A stretch of DNA of 60,846 nucleotides, the filler included, from Sluysia triapertura (lineage: Eukaryota): the NCBI GenBank assembly GCA_046118255.1. It is 4 parts of 4 records of this genome, joined end to end, with 100 filler letters (N's around TTAATTAATTAA, not from the genome) between each part and the next. Parts side by side here need not be neighbours in the genome. Positions count along the whole stretch, not along the records: positions 1 to 14,909 come from JBJNIA010244213.1; 3 more parts are not named here. The stretch is one strand, 5' to 3'. Shown here one piece after another: positions 1 through 13,639 of this stretch. Each line of letters begins with the position of its first letter. The first letter of the stretch is position 1. Position numbers and translations under genes: made by a program. Under the pieces are notes generated by a model. The model made no database searches. It was not told the origin of the DNA and was given only the letters and a program-made list of their open reading frames with translations.

Positions 1-58
1 TTCCGTTATATAAGTTAAATTCATAAAACGAATAATTATCGCAGTAACCGATTTACTA

Positions 59-247
<189 letters not shown>

Positions 248-2085
248 CTACAAATTATTGCGAACAAACAGATATTCGGTTTTCTTCCTCTGTTGTTGCC
301 AAGTGATACCTCAAATCTACCTATCGTCGGCACATTGTGTTAGGCAAAATTAAGACAGAACAGCCAGACATCGTAGAAAGATGTATTAAGTGATTTTTAA
401 TTATTCGCATAATCTGCCCTCGTCTTAAGCCAAATTTTTTTCTTTGTCCATTTGTAGCTTAATTTATGTGCTACATTGACTATACTGCATGCAATTAGAC
501 ACTGTGCTGATATAATCAACAAATTTTAAAAAACGGAATCTTGTTCGTAATAATATCACACGTCACATTTCAAAACTAACAGCTGTCAATTAGTATCGGG
601 TAAATTTAACAGTTTTGGTAATATTAACCTGAGTCATAAGTATTTGTGTTTTTTCGGTGATAAAAATTTGGACTTTATTAACTCATGACTAACTTTGAAA
701 TAAATATAAATTTTGATATTGAAATAAGGAAAAATGTTTAAATACTCATATTATTATTAAATTTTACAATCGTGTAATATATTTCAACATCAAATTTAGA
801 CATTTTAACAATATTCGGGGCATTAATGAAAAATCAAACCAGTCGAAACTACAAAAGCAAAGATGATGGTTCTATAAAAATTCGTACTGCTCTAAATTGG
901 TATCAATATTTTAACAGTGGTTATCTATGTATCGCATAAAAATCTAATTTTGAAGGCTTCGATGGACTTAGCTAGAAATAAATTAGTTAGGTAAGGAACT
1001 AAATAAGCTTATAGATAAACTCCATGATTTAACAGATTCTCAAAGATATCGAAAATTGAAACCCTACTTTAAAATCAACTAGGTAAACGAAAAATAGATT
1101 TACTTTCTAAATCGTACTTGCGTTAACAGATTACCATTGATTAAAGTCAACTGTTCTAACAAACGAAATCAATCTATGAAGAAGTTTTTTTGGAGTGAAT
1201 TATAAGTGAATATAAACTTGAATTTCTTGTAAATTTGTCAATTACTGCTTCAATCAATTTTTATCACTTACGAAAACAAAAAATTATAAGCATTAAAAAG
1301 GATTGTCTTTAAAAAACAAAGAAGATCTTGTTATTAGGCAAAGAAACATTCAGAAATTAAAATGAAAGAAAATTATAATTCATCGATGCTTCAGTAACTA
1401 TAGAAAATCGATATAACGCATGTAGCTGTTCGAGAAAGAAAGCTTAGAAGAATTACGATGTGATGAAATAAATACAATGAAAATAACCAGTATTTTTCAT
1501 CTCAAAGTGTACTGATAAACCTTCAAATTTGGTTCCATGACGTAATAGAAATCGGATTTAACTAAGGTGTGCTACAAACAATAAGCATTATTAACATATT
1601 CACTGCCTTAAAAAATGCGAGATTTTCTTGTTTCCAGTAGTAATAAGTGTCTTTATTACCAATTAAATTCATTTATGTTTTGTCTGTACATATTCGCCAT
1701 TTATACCAATGACACGGATCCGTGTATCCGACACCGTAAGCAAAATATCCATTGTAAATGCCGATTACACGGATCCGTGTTTACCATAAATATCATTATA
1801 TTTTGTATTGAATAAGTTTAAATAGAATATAAACACGTAATTAGTTTAAAATAAATTTATTACAACTATATAATTACGGAAAAAAGTGCAACATATTACA
1901 AAAAACAGAAACAATTAATACACAACTTGTAGAAAAACAAAAACAAATAGTAAATAACAAACAATTGTTAAAAATTATATTAATAGTGAGTACAAAACAA
2001 TAATTTTGCGAATATTTTATTTATATAATTGCTGTCAATTAGCACAAATCGTCGCAAAGTGTGACGTAATGGTTAATATCATATA

Positions 2086-2088
<3 letters not shown>

Positions 2089-2125
<37 letters not shown>
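2089..2125. repeat. (AAT)n microsatellite
   Basis: Direct reading. Confidence 0.95.
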
Positions 2126-2169
2126 TTTGCAAAACGAAATTCTGAGAAAAAAGGTTATTTTTTAACAAA

Positions 2170-3790
2170 TTTACATGGAATTCAATGTAGTTATATATCA
2201 AAGATTATAGAGACATGAAAAATAAATGTAATAATTTAAATGGATTACTTTCACACATATTGCACTGATATATAGTGGCTTTACGAATTTTCTTCTTTCT
2301 ACATTCCTTACACACTCTTTTTACAATCTCAGTGAATTCTTTATCACCTCTTTGTCTTGTTTTTGTATTGTATATTTTAACGAGACTTTGTGGTTAGATG
2401 ATACCGAGCAAAGTTTCTAATATTTTCAGTCTATAATCATACAAACTTAATCTTGTTCCACTGATGGCTATTTACCATACTCATTTTGTACAATCTCAGA
2501 GTTTTTCTATTGCATCTGATCTTGTAAGTTTGCTCCAGGCATGAATTTATTATAATTAATAATACACTTCGGCTTAAGTACAGTTTGCTGTTTTTTATTT
2601 GTAACCAGTTGGAGTTCATCGTCAAACTCTGTTGAAAAGTATATAAAATCTGACGTTTGTCTTTCCATTTTCCTAAATGCACACCCTTTTTTAGGTTGAC
2701 AGTGGCCAGGTCAGATGGAGTACCAGTCCAGACTTATTTAGTGTACCTGTGCAGTATGTGTTTTTATTTAAAAGTTCCACTGCCAGATTATAAGAATTGT
2801 AAAAATTGTCCATGTAGACCGCATGTCCCTGGTTTTGCCTTTCTTCCAATAATTTTAGTAGTGTATCCCTTTCCTCCAGTCTCATCTCCTGAGCCACCAT
2901 AAATTTGAAATTTTATAACTGTACCATCAGGTTCAACGAGGATGCACAACTTATTTCCGTAGTTTTGGCGTTTGCCCTTGATATATTGACGAATAACTAA
3001 CCTTCCACGCCAAAGAACCATTGATTCGTCCAAATATAAAAATAAATACATAGTTAACATTTTATTGTTAAAATGATCCATAATAGATCTCACTTTATGC
3101 AAAGGATCGGATTCAATTTCATTGGAACTAAAATAAAGACATCTAAGAATTAAAAAGAACCTATTTCTTGGCATACAGGATGCAAAAGAAGGTAAGTTAA
3201 AAAGCCAATGTTTTTTTCAAATAATCCTGGAGTCTATTCATTTGAATTGTTCCTGCATATAAAAGCAGACCCAGGAATGTTTTGAATTCCTCCGTAGTGA
3301 GGTCTTTCCGTATTGTTATTCTTTTAGATTCTTTTACTCCTGGTTGACACATCACCTTTATCGCATACTCGTTTGTTTCATTGATTATAAATTCTACGAA
3401 AGGATCATTGACAATTAGAGTAAAGTAATCAATTGGATTAGATGTTTTAGGCATTTCCAATAGAGCATTACGTTCTGTAAACTGTATATTTTTTAAGCAG
3501 GAACTGTCTGTAAACCACGAGCTATCTTGCGTCGAAGTTGGGCGAACTAGTGGTGGAGTAACTATAGATGAAGGTTGTTGAGGTGTTTGTGCAGTACAGC
3601 TTCGGGAATGAGATTATTATCGTAAGAAATCCTTACTTCTTCATCGCTATCACTGTCGAATCAGATGGTGAATAACATTTGTCGCTGTCAGATCGACTAA
3701 AATCATCATCGGTTTTATTTCTAAAATCTCAGACAACACATCGGAATCGATGGATAAATCCATAGACACTGGGTTTTCTCTCATTTTCTT
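2170..3790 (-). pseudogene. piggyBac transposase pseudogene (frameshifted)
   Basis: ORFs 3197-3460, 2788-3174, 2691-2900 and 2437-2682 are consecutive pieces of one DDD transposase, with an acidic Ser/Asp-rich N-terminus near 3640-3780. Boundaries approximate. Confidence 0.88.
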
Positions 3791-4275
3791 AATATTTGTT
3801 TCATTTTTGCGTTCAGACTTTCGTTTTGATGGACCAGCTTCAAATTTCGTGGTTAAAAATATATATCTTAATTAATGGCAAAAAAACACAAAAATGAAGA
3901 CGTTTTTCAAAAACCGCCACTAAATACCTTTAAAATGAATATTCTATTACAGGAAACAAGTGCCGCAATAGACTGACACGTTTTCTATGTTGATGTGCGC
4001 GATCCGTGTAGTAGACATGCGAAGTGTTAAAGTCTTTTGATAAATTATAATATGGTTTTATTGATTAATTTTGCAACCTTTGCCTTTATATTTCTTTAAC
4101 ATTATAAATTAATAAACATTCAGTTATTTTCAATTGTTTTATAAAATTAGATGTTTTTGGTAATAACTGGAACAATAACAGTTTTAAACCACACTATTTA
4201 TAGAATAAAAATAATTAGATGCGAATTGTGTATTTGTAACAAAGGTATACTAAACTAAAATAATCAAAATATTAC

Positions 4276-4673
4276 TTGTGCCATAAGATCAATTAAAATT
4301 ATCATATCCAAGGTTTGTCCTAGTCCCTCTCTTAGATATACCAATAAACTTCCATGAGTCATAAGTTCGGTTACTATAAATAACGGTGAATTTGATATGT
4401 CTCCTAATAATGAATCACCGGTACCACTAGTAACTACACATGAATCTCCTATACCATCAGTGATTGGCATGTTTTCATTTGTAATAGCACCATTACAAAT
4501 ATTACTGGACTGAAATCTACGATCTGATTGGGTGTTGCTGTGGGGATGACTAGGTGAATCAGTTGTGTTTGTGTTACCGGTTTCTCGACATACACCATAA
4601 AGCTGAACAAGACGAGGATGAACGAGAGCTTTCATAATGCGAGCTTCTTTGAGAAATTCATCTGGACTCATAC
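4276..4673 (-). CDS. Src-family kinase exon: alphaC to alphaE, with a long insert
   Basis: MSPDEFLKEARIMKALVHPRLVQLYGVC...PLFIVTELMTHGSLLVYLR...DLMAQ; CAG acceptor 4676-4674, GT donor 4275-4274. Confidence 0.95.
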
Positions 4674-4996
4674 CTGATAATAATTATTATTATATTGAAA
4701 CTGTTATTACTGCAAGTCAGTGTTTCATAAAATATAAGCGATTTAAAATTTTTGCAACGAAGAATAATGAAAATTAAACTTAAGAGAATTTTATTATCGA
4801 TAAAACTGTATGATAAATGACAAACAATTAATAAATGTATCTAATTGAGATAAATACTAATTATATTTAAATAATTAGAAGTCACTATAGAGCTTATTCT
4901 TAGTTCACATCATACTCTAACTATAAAATAACAATTTTTCATTGATCAATTTGAATTGATTTTGGTATGTACCACAAAGTGTAAATAAATATTAAC

Positions 4997-5392
4997 CAGA
5001 TTGTGCCCTGAGTGCCTTAACAGCCACCCATGTAGTATTATTCCACAAAGCACGCCAAACTTCTCCAAATTGTCCACTGCCAAGTTTTTCAACTAATCGT
5101 AATTGGGACCTTGGAATCTCCCACCATTCGCCTTTAGTTTGATAACTCAAATCTGCTGTAATGGGACTGGGTCGTATACATGCATGTGTGAGTCGGCAAC
5201 AGAGACGACCACCACCAGTGATTCCTGTATTTGCAGAAACACTGTACGCGGAAATAAGTGCATCTAGACTAGAGAAGACTGTTCTTTTACTAATCCACCA
5301 CAAACATGTATCTGGATCATTAAGGATTTTATAATGTTTAACACTACCTGCACCGTTTAGTTCGGTGTCTCGAACAGACAAAGACAATGCAC
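4997..5392 (-). CDS. Src-family kinase exon: C-terminal SH2, linker, kinase N-lobe
   Basis: [50 protein letters not shown]; TAG acceptor 5395-5393, GT donor 4996-4995; split Gly codon joins in phase to the next exon. Upstream SH3/SH2 exons not found. Confidence 0.95.
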
Positions 5393-8300
5393 CTAAAGTT
5401 ATTGTTGTTATTATATTTAAATAGAAAATTCGTTAATAGTTAATTTCCTAATTATTCTGAAATATTATATCATATCATCATCAATCACTACTAACACATT
5501 GAGGACAGATGACGTTAAATCACGTTTTGGAAATTTGTGTTATAATTTTAATAATGTACTATACTTAATAAAGGTTTCATTGTGTTTTCGAAATTATCAC
5601 TTTTAATTTATGTAATTCCAATAAAATATGCAGTAATTTAGACTATATGCTTTTCATCACATACCATCTTCAATTTATTAATATTTTTATATTTAAAAAA
5701 GTTCTTACCTCTGCAGTTATATCTATATAAAAATAATTTTTTAATTACATTCTTAAAATATTGAATACTTTAAAAAAATTTTTGTATAAAAATATGAAAA
5801 TTACTGACAATTTCATCTCTATATTATCCAATCAATTAACTTACAAATCGTCATTTCTAAAAATAACACAATTCTTAGAATTCTGATTCTCGAAAATTGG
5901 ATTCGATTGTTTAATACATAAAAATGCATCCAGAATTTTTAAATTCTATAGATTTTTTTGTTGAAATCTAATAAATCAATAGAAATGTTGATAAGAAAAT
6001 CAGTGTCCATCATTTTATGGCATCCAATTTATCATACGAATGTTTTGAAGCATCACATATTAACTTAAGATAAACGAATTTGTTGAATCCAAAAAAGAAC
6101 CTTTTCATTTTGAATAATAACCACCGTGAGTCAATTTGATGCTGAATAATTTTCCGTTTTTCATATATAAATAACTTTTTGTTGATGTTTTTCTATGAAA
6201 AGCACAAAATTTGGATTACCACGTATGCAGGAACAATAATTAAGACAAATGAGTGTGAAGTTTCAGTAAACGTTAAAGTCTCAAAAATTATCTTTCATAT
6301 TTAAACTGATAAAATCAATATTTTTCATTTTTACATTACAATACAATTAAAATTTATTTAAAAACAACTTCTAATGATTAATAATACGAAATAGCAATGT
6401 TATTCGTATTTTTGCCATAATATGTTTAAAATTATCAATTGTGTATTTTCATTTTTAAATTGCTAACTATATTTAATCCTAACTATTTGATCCTACAACA
6501 CCTAAATTTTTATCCTATTTTAGACTTTATTTTCTTATCTAAGAAATTACAAATTTGTAGTTTATCGATTATGTTACTATATCGTTACATTTGTTCTTCG
6601 ATGTACAATATCTGCACAAGACCTATTGTAATTTAAATCGATAATGGGACGAGAAATTCGAAAAATTTTATAACAATCTCAACATTTCTTTATGTTTTAT
6701 CTCTTCTTTTCAATATTAATCTGACGAATTAACAGATTGTATTATATTAAATCAATTGATGATATGCTAGCAATCGGTTCGTGTGAAATCTAGAAAAATA
6801 GCTTCATAAAATAATAATTATAATTTAGTATATTTTATTAACTTAATTTTTAAACAAAAAGAAAAAACGACATTTTACATAAATAAAATCAATTTTGATT
6901 AAATAAATTCGTGTCTTAAACATTAAATCATTTCTTGTTCTAATACATTTCTTGTACATTTCTTCAAGCTAAATTCCATCTCAACTAAAATAGATAATAC
7001 TTGAATCCTAATGGAAAATGTTTTTTAGCATAAATAGTGCTTCCGCACTTGATCTAAATGTATATATAACGTACACATATACACATTGTTTATTTTATTC
7101 AACATGTTAATTTGACAAAAATTTGATGAAAATGATTGCATTTCAAAACCGATTTTTTCGCGTGAAGTTCCAAATAAAAATATATCACCAATCCAGTGAA
7201 TTTTGATTTAATACCATAATCAATTTCACAAAGTGGATATTTATCTAGATAATATTAAACTTCTGCTTAAAGAATAAGAAAATGATAGAAGTAACAAAGG
7301 TAATAATAAAAAATAATAAATTAATGAAGACTCGTACGGCAACGATGAAGAAAAGAATTAGAATTAGTGATCACAATGAATTGGATATAAATGAGTTTAT
7401 ATTTAAATTTGTAGTTTGTAATTTGTTATTTATGTATTAAGTTGTGTGTAAAGTGACAATATGTAAAGTGCATTTTGAGTATATTTTTTATGTTGACACT
7501 TTAATAAATTCATTGTCAATAGTTCGAACACCACAGTATACTATTTTTCACTGACATTATAATACAGCTAATAATTTTTCTATAGGTAATTACAATTATA
7601 TAGCCGATTTCTTCTATTTATTTGTTATTATTTTCCTATAATATTGGTTTGGTCGTACAATAATTTATTTATTCTTTCATGTTATTGTTAAGTAATCTTA
7701 CTAATATTTGCTTTTTGTCATTTCCACTTTACTAAAATCATGTTTTTTCGTTCCCATGGTTATTGTGTTAATCCGCAGCTTTATCAACTTTCTATACTTT
7801 CTCTAATCGTGCTGACTCCAATTTTGGTGTCAATACGCGATATGAGTTAGGCGTACACTTTAACATGATGAATTTAAACTCAAATTAAATATGAATAATG
7901 ATATATTTGATGTTAAATTAGATACTATCTATGACGAATTATACAATTATTTAAATTTAAAGTATAAAAAATTAAACGATGATAATCTCAACACAAAGTG
8001 CAGAAAGCTTAATATTGATCTATTTATAAAACAAATATGAAGTACGACAAATCGAAATTTAATATAAGTACAAAATGCCATGAGTATAAAATAACATGGG
8101 TCTAATAATGTTAATTCAAAAGATATTTCTAATGTTAATTCGAAAAGTATGTAAAGCTAAATCATTATAAATCATGCTTTGAAGTCTGCGACAGTCTAAT
8201 TGAATTAAATCACAAACATAAAAAAAATTACCAAAAAAGATGATAACCACGACACTAATCCTAATTTCTTGCTAAAACAATTACCATTTACGATAAATCA

Positions 8301-11300
8301 AAGGTCGAGTCAAGTGTAAAATATTTTATGTTATACCTTAATCGATCATCAAGTACAATAAACGTATTGCTAGAGGAAACATGATTTCTTATGGTCTAAA
8401 AACTAAGAAAATATCTTTTGGATTATTAATTAATATGATCAAATGTGCTTTTAGTTATAATGTTTAGTTACATTTCTGTATACAAATTTCTAAGTCGTTA
8501 TTTTCTTTTTTCCAAGTTAATGAACTTCCCGACTTCAATTGCTTTAGTCTTACAAAATTAAAATTTGTAGCATTTGTCTCATATCAAAAAAGTTAGTATT
8601 CATATACAATCTAACAATATTTTTCACTACAATCATTTGAAGCTTTTAAAATTATCAATTTATTCACAAAACTAAATAATATCGACACCATACGAATTGA
8701 AACCTTTACATTATATTCAACCTATAAACCTTCCAATGAAACTCATAGGCATATGTCACATTACATTGATTATAGTCTGAATTAATTTTATAAATCTTTA
8801 TTAGAAATATCTTATTCCTTTAATGTCGGTCATCACCAACTTGTGCTCTTTTGTTACGAGCCATCTCAGCAATTTAAGTAACGATGCGAACGAATATCAA
8901 ATATGAAGATCAACTTCAATTGATGTCATGTCTCAAGTACACAAAAGATAGGCTTAACAAATGTAAAACCACATATAAATATTTCCAATGTTTACGATCA
9001 TCCACAAATAAATATTATCATAGTTAAGTACCTTAAAAAATTGTTTTAATTTTACTTTCACTTTTAGATTAGTTTTATTTTAAATTATTCTGACAATAAG
9101 AACATGTTTAAATATAAAATAAATAGAATGGTATTTACAGAATATGCAAGTAAACAATTTTACTTCATGTTAACATTTAAAAGTACTTCTTTTATACAAA
9201 GAAGCATTTATTTCAATTGTTATTATTTTTCTATAGAAAACAATAAAATATATATTTTAATGGATTACTTTTGCTAATAAACGTAACAAAATTACTAAAA
9301 GAGCCAATGAAAAAGAAAATGCACCACTGACTAATAAAATCAAACTTTTCGATACGACTGAAAGCTCAGACTAAAGAACATTGGCTATAAAGTGAGAAGT
9401 CCTACTTTTCACCTTAAAAAATCTAACATTATTCCATGTGCAACGAAAAAACAACGAAAGTTTTGGTACAGATTTGTATGTATACTGTTTTAATCATGCG
9501 ATAATCATACCTTAAATTTCCAACATCACAAACATCATTGTTTTTTAAAACTGAATTAACCATGTTTTTCAATGTCGTATATTCAAATAATAAAATTTTT
9601 GTAAATGCCTTCCAATTTTATCAGCAACAAAACAATTTCTAATCAAACATAACCAATGAGATGATCACATTTAATAATTTCAATTATCGCTTTGTAATAA
9701 TGCATAAATTGTTGCAGTAAAACAAACATTTTTTTGAAACCATACTTTTTTGCAAAGCAATTAAGATGTTTGTTTGTTTTAGTCGTTAATTTTCAAATTT
9801 TGAATGTCTATAGAAAAAAATATATAGAGGAACAAAATATTATGAAAAGAATCACATGTGGTTCGCGAGCTACCTTTTACTGATTAATTGATGGTGATTA
9901 TGTTGCACTTTTAGTACGAAAATGTGTAAAAATTTTAATCATATTAAATTATAGTAGAAAACAATATTTTTTAAGTTCAGACTATATGCTACTGTAACAA
10001 TTATTATTGAAAAAATAAGAGATGATAGACATAATTTAAGATTTTGGTTCAGCACTACAAATTGGGTAAACATATTTCTATAATAACCAAAGCCAGTAAA
10101 ATATTTCAAAAATATCTAGTTGTGTAATAATGTAGAGAAAGAAAAATACAAGAAATTAAATGTATGTTGTAATTTCATCATTATAATACATAAAAGAAAT
10201 ATTTTTAATAATTGCATTATAATTTTTCATACATTATATGTTTATATACAGCTAAAACAAAAGAATTGTTTTATATAATTATTAAATTATCTTGTAACAT
10301 ATTTTCGCTCAGACAATTTCTATTTTTTTCAAATAATAATTGTTATGTACAAAAATAGTCTTTCAACATTAACTATATAAGTGTGGATTCGTATTTTTAT
10401 TTTAATCCTAGAATTCTAAATTATGTTTCATATTGTCAATAATATTCGTTCAATGAGATTAACAAAAGATTTTTTTGATTAAGGCTCAGTTTTCGTTACA
10501 GAAAAATAGCAGTTATTTTTAGTTAACATATTATGAACGGGTAGCCTAACAGACCTAACTAGAGTGTGTAGCGGGAAAAAATCGAAGATATGCAAAATAA
10601 TATTCGTATTTATTTAAATATCGCACATGATAGCCAACTGTTACTAATATCTTTCCCCGCTTTTAAAAAATACTTTTCAAATGACATACTCATCCGTCCT
10701 TAAGTGATGAGTCCCGCTCATAATGTGTTAACACGTTTTAGACGGAAGTGCTAAATTTAGAGTAAGTTTCTGTTATTTCTGTAATTTTAAACATATGATA
10801 TCCTCTTTACATTTAACTGCCCTTCATTCAGTATTTCCCTATCCGACTAATTTACTTTTACAGTGGATCTTATGTATAATGGCTGCAAAACCGATTTTTT
10901 CTATTTCTCAGTTAATTAAATTATACGTTATCGATTTGATGATATTTTTTATACTACTTACTTTATTTATATCCGCCTTAATATTAACTTTTAAGTGACA
11001 TCTACGTTCGATCCTAATATGTTCTATATGTTAATTAAGTATTAGGATTCCTGTCTTCTTATTTCAGGTTTATTGGTATCAGGTTTATGCTTGTTATTTA
11101 GAAATGCTTCTGATTGATTTCGGTTTTAATAAAGGTGTTTTTATGGCATAAATATTCGTGATTATTGAGATACAAAGTGAGTGCATTATTATAATATTTA
11201 TAATATTCAAGATTTATTTAGAATGTTTTTATTTTTAAGATTTTTTTGAATATCTACAATGAGTTCTTTTATATTTTATTTATTTGTAAATTTTTTCACT

Positions 11301-11473
11301 TCCTGCTACATTTGTAATTAAATTTAAATTTAATTTATTTATTTAAATTTAAATAAAGTTATTTCATTATACAATTACACTTTTTGTTAATTAAAACCTT
11401 GGTGGGATTGCGAAAGGAATTGAGTATATAAATAACATTAGTTAATATATACATCCGCTAGACTTCATAAAAT

Positions 11474-11545
11474 GGACTGACCGGAAATCTAACCCGGGTC
11501 CTCTCTCTGCTAAGTTCGATGTTCTACCCACTGAGCTATCAGTCA
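11474..11545 (-). ncRNA. tRNA-like Pol III unit (tRNA pseudogene or tRNA-derived repeat), uninterrupted copy
   Basis: 72 nt TGACTGA-TA-GCTC-AGTGGGTA-GAAC-A-TCGAA-CTTAGCA-GAGAG-AGGAC-CCGGG-TTAGATT-TCCGG-TCAGTCC followed by ATTTT. A box and degenerate B box present; acceptor and T stems pair, anticodon stem does not. Confidence 0.8.
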
Positions 11546-13531
11546 CGTCTAACGACTTTGTTTTATAATAGTCATATGGTGTTCATGCCGTCTCCACGAT
11601 TTTATCGGGTTACTTACACCGCCATAAAAAAATTAAACTTCAATTTCAATTCATCTCAGATATCAGCAATTAGGCTTATTGTAAACGTCACACACTTTTC
11701 GATAAATCTAATTTAAAATTCTAAATTTACGTAATATCATTAGGCAATTCTAACTATATGCGTTAACATATTGTCATTGTTATCCAAAATTAACTGTTCT
11801 CTCTATGTTTTATCGCTTCTCATTCTTAATACATTGACTGCCCTTAAAAATAAAAGAAAAACCTATTTCGTATGACCGGAGAAACAACAAGGACATTGTA
11901 GTTATTAATTATTCATGTAAGCCGATTGAATTACATAAAGCAAAAGAAAATAAAAGAAATCGAAAAGAACATTTTACAGGATGAGCTGAAGCATTGTAAG
12001 TAATTGATATAGATGAAGGAATTTCAAAAGATTTTGTTAGACACTTATGTTCAGAATGCTTTTACTTTTAAAAAATAAGAAAGCAAATGAAGAATAAGTT
12101 TTTTAAATATTCAGCCAAGCATGAGTCGGAATAATAAGCATATTTCCATATAGAATATTTAATATCAAAGTATTAAACAATTTATTATCTCCTTTTTTAG
12201 AAAAAGAATAGAAACTCTTTTGTTATTTTTATGTTTTAATCATTTTTTTACAATTTTCGATTATTTTTATGTTTTTTGATGATCCCCATTTTATGTTATG
12301 AATATTGAAAAATTTTAAAAGAGAGAATTTATATACGCATGAAATTCCTTCAAAATGCAATATGAGTTGAAATTTAAAGGTAACTTGTAACTACAAATGT
12401 AAAGATGAAGCATTCTAAAAGGCATAAGATCATGCTGAATATTCTATTTTGATCGAATGCGAATGCGCAAAAGGACATTCACGCAAAACCACTCAACTCG
12501 AATATTTTAAATGAATTGATGATGCGTCTGAGATGTACAGAAAAGCGTTTGATGTTGACCTGAGTAAAAGACGATATGAAATTAAAGAATTTCCAGATGC
12601 ACTGGTTTGTTGCCATGACGAAAATAAGTTGTCTATCAAACTGCACGTTATATAAAAATGAAACTATTGCTTATTTTGAAATGAACGAGTTTACGAAAAT
12701 TATCCATTCATTTAATAAGGCTGTAGAAACTGGTCGTGAAAATAGAACCGACCACATATTAGTGCTAATGCATACGTCGAATCAAGTGATCTTAATAATG
12801 CCCAAAGATATTTGGAGAAGTCCACTGTGAGCATAGTGTACCAGATATTCGTAAGGAATGCCTTGAAGTAAAAAAGATGAAGCAATTAAATGATTTTGTG
12901 ATAAGACCTGGTGTGTAGGGAAGCCACCACTTCCGGTCGTTTCTTAAAATGAGGAATATACTATTCTTAAACTGCAAATGAATACCTAAGCCTAGGTGTT
13001 AAAAATAAATGAAATTTTGTGACTTCAAGATAAGATTGGTTATAAGTAAAACGAGAAGTATAAAAATCATTATGTGAATGTTTGTTATATAAAACATCAG
13101 ATTTTAAATATTTTGTAGAGTTTACACAGACTTTTACAATTGTTTTTGTGAATAATTTTGTTCAACTCAAATATTCTGACTTAACTTATTCATTCAGTTA
13201 CGTCATAATTATTTGAGGTATGGTTTTCCTACTAGCAAAGGCTTAAAATAAATACAATGGATTTAAATAATATTTGTAGCAACATTCAGTTTCTTATATT
13301 AATTATAAAAAAATTGTTAAACAACATGTGTTACTTTTCATGTTTTTAATTCTTACTACCTAATTTCGAAACATGTATAATGTACATTGCACATATATAA
13401 ATAATTGAATGCAAAGTATTAATAATAGTTTAATTTTAACCACAAAGAGTATTTAAAATAATTATTCCCATTAATTGTAACAGCTCTTCTAATGAATTTG
13501 TTGATATATCCGAAATTATTTTAGGAGTTGG

Positions 13532-13532
<1 letters not shown>

Positions 13533-13592
<60 letters not shown>
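13533..13592. repeat. (ATT)n microsatellite
   Basis: Direct reading. Confidence 0.95.
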
Positions 13593-13639
13593 TGTAATTG
13601 ATTCATTGTTGTAATTAGATTTTTCAGTCATATGTGATT

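Larger units (their letters stand above)
1685..4030 (-). mobile_element. Decayed piggyBac (PGBD4-like) DNA transposon in the kinase intron
   Basis: Transposase fragments with LDESMVLWRGRL..RQYIKGK, YMDNFYNS, KWKDKR and a C-terminal Cys-rich domain (KRVCKEC..CNMC, about 2250-2320); right end ...GAAGTG-TTAA at 4021-4030; subterminal palindrome ACACGGATCCGTGT at 1712 and 1767, partial copy at 4001. Left end eroded (about 1685, or TTAACATATTCACTGCC at 1591). Confidence 0.88.

Noticed and set aside
10690-10760. Hammerhead-like TGATGAGTCC, with a related sequence near 23920-23960 (minus)
   Set aside because: Lacks the CTGANGA...GAAA core and closing stems.
11474-11545. Functional tRNA-Leu(TAG), or tRNA-Cys(GCA) for the split copy
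   Set aside because: Anticodon stem does not pair, there is no long variable arm for Leu, the B box is altered and the anticodon differs between copies.
12576-12830. A32/FtsK packaging-ATPase-like words (IDDA, TGRE, MPKDIW)
   Set aside because: No Walker A, motif spacing too long, and motifs lie in different frames.
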